From Promethearchaeota archaeon (GTDB taxonomy: Archaea > Asgardarchaeota > Lokiarchaeia > Sigyniarchaeales > SOKP01), in the NCBI GenBank assembly GCA_016840165.1, contig JAEOSU010000005.1, positions 1-11,958 on the forward strand: a stretch of DNA of 11,958 bases, read 5' to 3'. Under the pieces are notes generated by a model. The model made no database searches and was not told where the DNA came from. It was given only the letters and a program-made list of their open reading frames with translations. The translations under genes and the position numbers were made by a program. Shown piece after piece: positions 1 through 7,150 of the stretch. Each line of letters begins with the position of its first letter. The stretch's first letter is position 1.

Positions 1-342
1 GGGACTCAAATCTCTCCACATCATATTGAGGCATTAAATTCCCTTGGAGAAGAAAAAAAATTACAATTTTTTATGGAGTTAAGAAAACTCTTTCTATTGA
101 AAAATGTCTTTTTTCGTATAGATATTCAAAATTATCGTTACGAAATAAGTGATCAATTCTTCCTCAAACCAGTTTATAGCATTTCAAAAGATAAACTATT
201 CACGAGTGTCCGAAAAGTATTTAACTGTACAGCTTATAGCAACATCTTATTAAATGAATATTGCATGGAAAAGCTAAATCCAGATGACGTTGGTAAATTT
301 AAGGATTTTTCATCAGAATCGGATTTTTCTTTATACTCCTAA
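1..342 (+). CDS. Hypothetical protein, DUF2299-like; 5'-truncated by the window edge
   Basis: The frame of the listed 73..342 ORF is open back to base 1 (GTQISPHHIEALNSLGEEKKLQFFMELRKLFL...), so ATG73 is probably internal. The 'ISPHHIEALNSL..EKKLQFF.ELRK' segment recalls archaeal DUF2299 proteins; that family call is from memory. TAA stop at 340-342. Confidence 0.6.
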   Translation, partial: GTQISPHHIEALNSLGEEKKLQFFMELRKLFLLKNVFFRIDIQNYRYEISDQFFLKPVYSISKDKLFTSVRKVFNCTAYSNILLNEYCMEKLNPDDVGKFKDFSSESDFSLYS

Positions 343-358
343 TTCAGATCATTTCATA

Positions 359-366
359 AAGGTGAT
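359..366 (+). promoter_or_regulatory. Strong Shine-Dalgarno (AAGGTGAT) for the HIT gene
   Basis: Matches the archaeal GGAGGTGAT anti-16S-tail consensus and lies 5 nt before ATA372. It is identical to the site upstream of rps4. Confidence 0.7.
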
Positions 367-371
367 TAATT

Positions 372-890
372 ATATTTAATGATTGGCTTAGAGCATTAGG
401 AAAGTTAGATTACGTTCAAGGAAAATCAAAACCAAACGTTGACTGCATATTGTGTGCTGTACGCGACAACGATGAAAGAGTGGTGACACTTAAAATTTAT
501 GATGATGAATATATTTTTATTTCCTTAAATCTTTATCCGTATAATCCTGGTCATTTAATGATTATCCCAAATCGACATGTCGCTTCCTTTTTAGAGCTAA
601 CACGTGAAGAAATTATTCATATTAATCGAACTATTCAAGGAATTCAGCTCCTCTTAGATGATTTATATAGCCCAAAAGGATATAATATCGGAATTAACCA
701 AGGAATTATTGCGGGTGCAAGTATAGAGCACCTCCATATTCATATTGTACCTAGATATGGTGCTGAATTGGGGTATATAGATATTGTAGGGAAAACTAGA
801 ATAGTAGTTGAGGGCTTAGACTCTGTTAAACAAAAATTAACTGAAAATATACATAACTTTTTGAATAAAGAGTTTTACGAGAGCTTCTAA
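372..890 (+). CDS. HIT-family nucleotide hydrolase (Ap4A hydrolase/FHIT-like), probable non-AUG start
   Basis: Has the histidine triad HLHIHIVPR and the NLYPYNPGHLMIIP motif. The frame extends upstream of TTG450 as (I)FNDWLRALGKLDYVQGKSKPNVDCILC, which restores the family's N-terminal 'L.A..R..Y......CxxC' segment. The only in-frame candidates after the SD are ATT369 and ATA372, and an in-frame TGA lies at 363. Confidence 0.88.
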   Translation: MFNDWLRALGKLDYVQGKSKPNVDCILCAVRDNDERVVTLKIYDDEYIFISLNLYPYNPGHLMIIPNRHVASFLELTREEIIHINRTIQGIQLLLDDLYSPKGYNIGINQGIIAGASIEHLHIHIVPRYGAELGYIDIVGKTRIVVEGLDSVKQKLTENIHNFLNKEFYESF

Positions 891-944
891 TAAAAATAAA
901 TAAGAAAAAAAAGGATATACTGAATTTAAAACATTTTAAGCATA

Positions 945-1178
945 CTATCGGGTCGCATTTCTTACGTCAGCAGCAGTAATCCTCTTACGTTTGTCCTTTT
1001 TACAGATTGCTAGCGCATCTTTTGTAGCTGCGGCAGCTTTCTTTTCCAAGAAGCCTATTAACTTATCAAGAGCTTCTGCTGCGACTAAATCAGCACCTTC
1101 TTTTTTCATTAATCTTCTAATGGGTGCTTTTGCGATATAACTTTCTGCTTTCTTAGCTGGAGCTTTCTTTTTAGCCAT
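945..1178 (-). CDS. Archaeal histone (histone-fold protein) with a Lys-rich N-terminal extension
   Basis: Aligns without gaps to HMfB-type histones (APIRRLMKKEGA..V...A...L...LE; RKRI.AADV). GGAGG SD upstream on the minus strand. N-terminus is MAKKKAPAKKAES. Confidence 0.93.
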   Translation of the reverse strand: MAKKKAPAKKAESYIAKAPIRRLMKKEGADLVAAEALDKLIGFLEKKAAAATKDALAICKKDKRKRITAADVRNATR

Positions 1179-1259
1179 TTTTTATTCCTCCACTTAAAAT
1201 TTTTGAGATTAGTTTGTTTTAATATAGATTTATAATTAATAATAACTACTCATTTCTAT

Positions 1260-1267
1260 TATATAAA
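1260..1267 (-). promoter_or_regulatory. Candidate TATA box (TTTATATA) for the histone gene
   Basis: Archaeal TATA consensus on the minus strand about 80 nt upstream of the histone start. The region is very AT-rich, so specificity is low. Confidence 0.4.
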
Positions 1268-1854
1268 TATTATGGTTCGAAATGACTGTTTATGGAAATA
1301 TGATTGATTGAAATTTTTAGATCAGAAATTTGCTAAAAATACGTTGTCCGACAAAATAGCATTACTAAAATAAATTTTTAATTTTTATTAAATAGAAAAT
1401 AAAAAAACTAGTATCGTAGAGTTTAGCTCATTCACCAATTCAATAAGAATTTTCGAACTTTTCTTTTGGAATTATCATCCTTATTAACTTTCAGCCCTAA
1501 TCTACAAATTGAAAACTTAATTCCAAAAGGAAGCCCCTAAAAGATATTAAATCTGATTTAGTATGTTTATTTCCATGATAACACACTTTATATTTGCATA
1601 ATTTAGTAAATTGTAAATCCATATCACAAAACCTCCCTTTAGAACCTAATTTTCATAAATTTTGAAATATTAAATTCTCACTTAACTGTTTGGAAACTTG
1701 AAATAAAGATGAAAATTTTTAAATACTTAACCTTCTAAACTCCTTATAGTAAATTGAATATCCATTGAAATTTAATTTTCAAAAAACAACATTAAAATAT
1801 AACTGTTAAGATAAGATAGTTAATTGGTTGAATAATAGAGAATTGATTTAATTT

Positions 1855-2703
1855 TTGACAAATTCTAATCACGATACTGAGTTAAATGAGATTGGAATAG
1901 AGGATGGTTTACAAAATCTCGGTTTTACTAAAAATGATTCGAAAGTTTTACTTACACTCTCTAAATATAAAGTTTTAAGCCCTGCAGATATCGCCAAGTA
2001 TTCTGGTGTAGACCGAGCACGAGTTTATGACAGTTTGAATCGATTAATGGAAAGAGGTTTTATTCAGAAGGAACCAGTAAAAAGAGGAGCAAACTATCAA
2101 GTTATTCCAATTGAGAGAATCTTTAAATCTTTACGTGAAGAGTATAAACAAAAAATTAATGATACTATCCTCTTGGAGAAAGTTATTAGTGAATTGGAAA
2201 TTGATAAAGAAGAGTCTGAACCTAGAGTATGGTCTATTAATTCCAGAGATAAAATAAGGAAGAAAATAAGAGAATTGATAAATTCTTCGAAACGAAGAAT
2301 TTTTTTTATTATTACACCCGATCTCTTAATGGAAGAACTTGGGGGACATGAATGGATTCTCAATGAACTCTGGAATAAAAAGTTTTCAAATAACCTTCAA
2401 ATAGTTATTGCTTTAAAATATTTTGAGTCATTAAAAGAGGAGATTAAGAAACTTCTAAAAATCTCGATAAAAGTTCATTCGATCGAAGGAGATAATGTTA
2501 TCCCCTTTGGTTTACTTATCGCAGATAATGATTTCGTTTTAACTACTCTAGATCAGGTACAAGAAGCACCTGAATATACTTCTGGTTTATGGCTAGAAAA
2601 TGGGAGAAAAAAACAAATAGCTGGTTATGAACACTTATTCCGTCACTTCATCAGTTCTGAATGCAAGGAAATTGTATTAACTTCGCAAAAACCGGATCAA
2701 TAA
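1855..2703 (+). CDS. TrmB-family transcriptional regulator (N-terminal wHTH, C-terminal effector/PLD-like domain)
   Basis: LGFTKNDSKVLLTL...SPADIAKYSGVDRARVYDSLNRLMERGFI is a typical TrmB wHTH. It is followed by a coiled helix and 'VWSI....I...I.ELINSSKRRI'. The TTG start is uncertain. Confidence 0.88.
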   Translation: MTNSNHDTELNEIGIEDGLQNLGFTKNDSKVLLTLSKYKVLSPADIAKYSGVDRARVYDSLNRLMERGFIQKEPVKRGANYQVIPIERIFKSLREEYKQKINDTILLEKVISELEIDKEESEPRVWSINSRDKIRKKIRELINSSKRRIFFIITPDLLMEELGGHEWILNELWNKKFSNNLQIVIALKYFESLKEEIKKLLKISIKVHSIEGDNVIPFGLLIADNDFVLTTLDQVQEAPEYTSGLWLENGRKKQIAGYEHLFRHFISSECKEIVLTSQKPDQ

Positions 2704-2787
2704 TACAAATAATAAAATTTGGATAAAATAAAATCAAATTTAAATTGAAAGAAGAATAATATGAATTACAAAATCTAAGGGATAATT

Positions 2788-3345
2788 ATGTCATATCGGG
2801 GAAAAGTAATTCTTTGTGGTGATCCAGGAGTTGGAAAAACAAGTTTATTAGCTCGATATGTAGATAAGAAATTTAGTGAGGAATATCATCAGACTATTGG
2901 CGCTAATTTTCTTATCAAAGAAATTGACCTGGGCAAAATAATTGACAAATTAAAATTAAAAAACGAAGATTTAAAGGCAGATATTAAGGACAAGGGCTTT
3001 AAACTGTATTTCTGGGATATTGGGGGTCAAACGGATAAACTTTTCGCCAATGAATACTATTTTATTCAAGCTGTCGGCGCTATGATTATTTTTAGTTTAG
3101 GAAACTATGAATCCTTCAAAAATCTTGATTTTTGGATATCAAAACTCAAAGAATTGAGTGGGGATGTTCCTTATATTATTGTTGGAAATAAATCAGACTT
3201 AAAAAGAGAAGTTGATGTTGAGTTTATTAATGAGAAAACCTCGGAATTGAGCGTTGATTATTTAGAGACTTCAGCATTATTGAATAAAAATGTCAATGAA
3301 GCATTTGAACGATTATCAATTCACATTCTAAATAATATTAAGTGA
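2788..3345 (+). CDS. Ras-superfamily (Rab-like) small GTPase
   Basis: G1 GDPGVGKT, G2 YHQTIG, G3 WDIGGQ, G4 GNKSD, G5 ETSAL. No C-terminal Cys prenylation motif. Ends at a TGA stop. Confidence 0.95.
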   Translation: MSYRGKVILCGDPGVGKTSLLARYVDKKFSEEYHQTIGANFLIKEIDLGKIIDKLKLKNEDLKADIKDKGFKLYFWDIGGQTDKLFANEYYFIQAVGAMIIFSLGNYESFKNLDFWISKLKELSGDVPYIIVGNKSDLKREVDVEFINEKTSELSVDYLETSALLNKNVNEAFERLSIHILNNIK

Positions 3346-3387
3346 ATTAAATTTTAAAACTCTGTAACCTTAATATTTTGTAATTCT

Positions 3388-4107
3388 ATGAATATATTAT
3401 TAATTCCAATTGCTCCTCTTTCTAGAACGAAATCGAGGCTTAAGAAATGCTTTTCTAAAGAGCAACTTAAAGATTTGACTATTGCAATGTTTAAAGATCT
3501 TGCAGCTAAATTAACTAAGGTTAATTGCTTTGATCACATAATTGTTTACTGCAACAGTCCCGAAATACTCCAACTCACTAATAGTTATGGATTAATTGGA
3601 ATAAAAGAGCAATTAACAACTCCAAGAAAATCTTTTGACCAAGTTATTTCCGATTTAAATCAAATTGCAATTGATAAATATAAAGCAACATCAACTGTCT
3701 TTACTTTTTTAGATACTGTTTTAATTTCTGTTCAAAATTTCTATGATATCTATAAACTTATCCAAGATCATCAATTAGTTCTATGTCCTGCTATTTCATC
3801 AGCAGGAATTTCTGTGTTTGGGAGAAATCCGCCCCATACTCTTCACACTTTTTTCTCCAATAATACTATTCCATCTTTATTGGCAATGTATAATGCAGCG
3901 AAACAGGAAAATCTAAAGATAGCGATTTATGATTCCTTTCGGGCAGGATTTGACATTGATATTAAGCAAGATTTAGTATTAGCTTACCATTATCTAAAAA
4001 TATTCGGTTTGGAAGATACAGAAACTCACAATTTTCTTAAGACGCATTTAAATTTAACTACAATTAGAAAGAACCTTAAAGATAATCGTAAATTGACAAT
4101 AAGATAA
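3388..4107 (+). CDS. cofC: CofC-like 2-phospho-L-lactate/PEP guanylyltransferase (F420 biosynthesis)
   Basis: N-terminal 'LLIPI......KSRL', 'AMFKDL', 'LVLCPA...G' and C-terminal 'FDIDIKQDL' (DvDtpeDL motif) fit the CofC family. Somewhat divergent: the GGTN motif reads AGIS. Confidence 0.75.
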   Translation: MNILLIPIAPLSRTKSRLKKCFSKEQLKDLTIAMFKDLAAKLTKVNCFDHIIVYCNSPEILQLTNSYGLIGIKEQLTTPRKSFDQVISDLNQIAIDKYKATSTVFTFLDTVLISVQNFYDIYKLIQDHQLVLCPAISSAGISVFGRNPPHTLHTFFSNNTIPSLLAMYNAAKQENLKIAIYDSFRAGFDIDIKQDLVLAYHYLKIFGLEDTETHNFLKTHLNLTTIRKNLKDNRKLTIR

Positions 4108-4122
4108 GTAAGAAAAAGATAT

Positions 4123-5355
4123 TTAAAAAGAAAATTTAATATTCAGCTTTAATTCTTCTTGAATGACATCTGCTATTGATTTTTGGAAGTCTTCTCTTTC
4201 TTCTTTTAAGGATGATAAATAACGCATATAATCTTTATTTTTTCTCTCCAGATCGTTTTGTATATGTTCAAGTTTTACTGTATTTAGAGAAATATGGTTC
4301 TTAACATCATCTAATTTCGATGCTAAACCAGCTTCCTGTATCTTTTTTTCAATATTTTGAATTTCAGAGATTAATTCCTTAACTCCTTCAATTTCTTCGT
4401 TAATTGTTTTTTCTTCAAATATGGTATTAATTTGTTCTATTGTTTTCTCTTTTGTGTCAGATTTTAAATTAATTTGATTTTCTTCTAAGCTATGGCGTAA
4501 TTGGATCAATAAAGAAGAAAAATTGGGCAGATCTTTGCGTTCTTTTATCAATATTTTTATCGGATCTTTTAAATAATTTTTAAGAAATTCGGGATCAATA
4601 TTTACACCATGGATAGCATTTTTATCTAATTCAAATTTCAGCTTCTTCAAAGCCTTTTTGAATCCAAGTTTATCATTGATATCCATTCGCATCTTAAACA
4701 ATTGGTTTTTCTTTTTTTCTAGTTCGATGAAAAGCTCATTCTTCTCAAGTTCTAATAACTCTTTATTTAATTTTTCCTCTAATTCTTTTCTCTCCTTTAA
4801 TTCCTTTTCAAATTGATCTAGATCTTTTTTTGCGTTCTCTATATTTTCACGTAATGAAAACAATTTAGGTAATTTAATAAGAAGATGTTCGGCATCTCGT
4901 ACATCACCATACTTTTTTCTAAGAAAAGCATCTAAAGTTGCTTGCTTTTTTCCCAACTTTCGAGTGATGTAGTTAAGCTCCTTGATTTCTGATTGAACCT
5001 CTCTTTGAAATTTTGGCAGAGATTTGCGGGCAATTTCATTAATATTTGTAAATAATTTTTTTACAGAGTTTAATAATTGAGTAATTTTATCAAAAGTAAT
5101 ATCTTCTTCGGGAATCTCAACTTCATCTATCTCCTTTCGAATACGGTCTGAAAAGAAATGTAATGACTTTAAAGCTTTTTCCTCTATTTTGCCCTCTCCC
5201 GCTTCAATAAAATGATCCATACATACTTTAATTTCAACTAATCCGTCTCTGGTATCATCTACGAGTTTGCTAACACCTTTTTTTTGTTTGGCAAATAGTT
5301 CTTCAAGCTTCTGCTTATAAAAACTTTCAAAACCCTCTAATTCTATTTCAACCAT
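4123..5355 (-). CDS. Hypothetical long coiled-coil protein (410 aa)
   Basis: Long E/K/L-rich ORF with heptad character and no recognisable ATPase motif. Starts 14 nt downstream of serS, so probably co-transcribed. Confidence 0.85.
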   Translation of the reverse strand: MVEIELEGFESFYKQKLEELFAKQKKGVSKLVDDTRDGLVEIKVCMDHFIEAGEGKIEEKALKSLHFFSDRIRKEIDEVEIPEEDITFDKITQLLNSVKKLFTNINEIARKSLPKFQREVQSEIKELNYITRKLGKKQATLDAFLRKKYGDVRDAEHLLIKLPKLFSLRENIENAKKDLDQFEKELKERKELEEKLNKELLELEKNELFIELEKKKNQLFKMRMDINDKLGFKKALKKLKFELDKNAIHGVNIDPEFLKNYLKDPIKILIKERKDLPNFSSLLIQLRHSLEENQINLKSDTKEKTIEQINTIFEEKTINEEIEGVKELISEIQNIEKKIQEAGLASKLDDVKNHISLNTVKLEHIQNDLERKNKDYMRYLSSLKEEREDFQKSIADVIQEELKLNIKFSF

Positions 5356-5369
5356 AATCCATCTTAGTT

Positions 5370-6659
5370 TTATTTTTTAGCATTAATAACTTTTTTCCCG
5401 TTCATATATTTTTGAAGAACTTTTGGAATAGAAATTGAAAAATCCTCATTTTGATAGTTTTCAAGAATACAACATATAGTCCTTTCCGTTGCTATAGCTG
5501 TTGAATTTAATGTATGAACAATTTGTTTTTCTTCAGACGTACCCACTTTTCCCATTCGAATTTTTAGTTTCCTTGCTTGGTAATCCAAACAATTACTACA
5601 AGATACTAATTCTCGATATGATTTTGAAGCGGGAAACCATGCTTCTAAATCATACTTTTTGGCAGCATTATCATTTAACTCTCCTGAAGCAATGTTAGTT
5701 ATTCTATAAGGGATTTTCAAATCGTCATAGATTTCTTCTGCGTTATGAATGAGTTCTTCATGGTATTTCCATGATTCCTCTGGAGAACATAAAATATATT
5801 GTTCAACTTTTTCAAACTGGTGAACTCGGAATATTCCTAAAGTGTCTTTGCCGTGTGAGCCTGCCTCTCGTCGAAAACATGTTGATACTCCAGCATATTT
5901 AATTGGTAATTTTTCGGGATCGATTATTTCGTCATAATGATATGCTGCTATTGTTTGCTCGGAGGTTGCGATCATAAATAAATCTTCATCTTGAATCTTA
6001 TATAGCTGTTCTTCAAAATCAGCAAGTTCTGCGGCAGCTTTTATAACTTCATGCTTAATAAAAAATGGTGTCCATAATGGAAAATATGCTTTTTCTATTA
6101 ATTTATCTAAAGCAAATCTTAGCAATGCGAAATTAAGCATCACTAAGTCTCCCTTGAGATAATAAAATCTTGATCCTATTACTTCTGAAGCTTTTTTAGT
6201 ATCTGCTCCATCAATTAAGGTTATAAGATCAACATGTGATCGAGGTTCAAAATCAAATTTAATTGGTTTTCCAACGGTTCTTAATATCTCATTTGATTCT
6301 TCTGTTTCTCCAATAGGGACTGATTTATGGAGAATATTCCCAACAATATAGCGAAATTTTTCTCGTTCTTCTAAATATTCGATTTCTTTTTGTTCTAAAT
6401 TCTCAATAGCCTTTTTTATCTCAATTGATTTTTGTTTTGAAGCTTCAAATTCCTGAGTTTCTCCTGCTTTCTTTAATTTACCAATTTCCACTGAAATAAA
6501 ATTCCGTTGGTTTCGCAGATCTTGAAGTTCTTGTAGTACTTCACGCCATTTTTCATCATATTCTAAAACTCTTTCGGCATTTGAAGGATCTTTAAAGCGT
6601 TTTTTCTCCGATTCAATAATTTGGTCTAAATTTTTCCGATATAATTCAATGTCAAGCAA
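5370..6659 (-). CDS. serS: Seryl-tRNA synthetase (standard/bacterial-type class II)
   Basis: N-terminal MLDI and coiled arm, ATSEQ, motif 2 CFRREAGSHGKDTLGIFRVHQFEKVEQ, ELVSCSNCLDYQAR, and HTLNSTAIATER. TTG start with a GAGGG SD. Confidence 0.98.
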   Translation of the reverse strand: MLDIELYRKNLDQIIESEKKRFKDPSNAERVLEYDEKWREVLQELQDLRNQRNFISVEIGKLKKAGETQEFEASKQKSIEIKKAIENLEQKEIEYLEEREKFRYIVGNILHKSVPIGETEESNEILRTVGKPIKFDFEPRSHVDLITLIDGADTKKASEVIGSRFYYLKGDLVMLNFALLRFALDKLIEKAYFPLWTPFFIKHEVIKAAAELADFEEQLYKIQDEDLFMIATSEQTIAAYHYDEIIDPEKLPIKYAGVSTCFRREAGSHGKDTLGIFRVHQFEKVEQYILCSPEESWKYHEELIHNAEEIYDDLKIPYRITNIASGELNDNAAKKYDLEAWFPASKSYRELVSCSNCLDYQARKLKIRMGKVGTSEEKQIVHTLNSTAIATERTICCILENYQNEDFSISIPKVLQKYMNGKKVINAKK

Positions 6660-6764
6660 TTTTTTAGCCCTCTGAATTGTACTCTTTTTCTTTTAGATTG
6701 ATTATTACATTTTTCATAAAAACATTATGCAAATTTTAAAACAATTTTCATATATTAAAATATA

Positions 6765-6956
6765 TTATTCATGATTTATCCGTTCCTTAATCGTCGAACG
6801 GAGGAGAGCGATCTTTATTTTATTTTTATTGTATCCAACTTTATCTATTAATTTGATAATTTTTATTCGTTTCGCTTTCCCTTTTAGCCCCTCTTCAATC
6901 ATGAAATTTTTGGCAAACTCTTCTTTCTTACTTTCTTCTGAGTCAGACTCATCCAT
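6765..6956 (-). CDS. Small hypothetical protein (63 aa; acidic N-terminus, basic helical C-terminus)
   Basis: ATG start, protein-like composition, fills the gap upstream of serS in the same orientation. No family recognised. Confidence 0.6.
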   Translation of the reverse strand: MDESDSEESKKEEFAKNFMIEEGLKGKAKRIKIIKLIDKVGYNKNKIKIALLRSTIKERINHE

Positions 6957-7098
6957 AATGTAAAAAATTATTTCTGCTAAAAAAACTTAATTAGGAAATT
7001 GTTTTCCTTCAGAGGCTCCTATTAAATAATTTCATTTTGCGTTAAAAAATTCAATCAGAAAAAATAAATTCATTCCAATTTTTTCTAAAATAGAATAA

Positions 7099-7139
7099 AT
7101 GATATTTATTATTCAATTAATTTATGGTGATAAGTAGAA
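7099..7139 (+). promoter_or_regulatory. Candidate eukaryote-type SECIS element in the hdrA 5' leader
   Basis: AUGA (7099-7102), then an 11-bp stem UAUUUAUUAUU (7103-7113) / GGUGAUAAGUA (7126-7136) with 7 Watson-Crick and 4 G-U pairs, a loop CAAUUAAUUUAU, and GA (7137-7138) exactly opposite the 5' GA. Folded by eye only. Confidence 0.45.
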
Positions 7140-7150
7140 AGGTGGATTAG

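Noticed and set aside
1179-1854. Replication origin, tRNA (including tRNA-Sec) or CRISPR array in the long gap
   Set aside because: No full ORB consensus with G-string and no adjacent cdc6/orc1. No GC-rich cloverleaf and no regularly spaced repeats.
2097-2363. Listed 88-aa minus-strand ORF
   Set aside because: Antisense shadow of the TrmB gene with no recognisable motif.
3343-3357. GTPase TGA as a Sec codon
   Set aside because: It lies at the natural end of the G domain, and readthrough adds only IKF before TAA. There is no Cys-motif context.
5501-5698. Listed 65-aa plus-strand ORF
   Set aside because: Antisense shadow inside serS.
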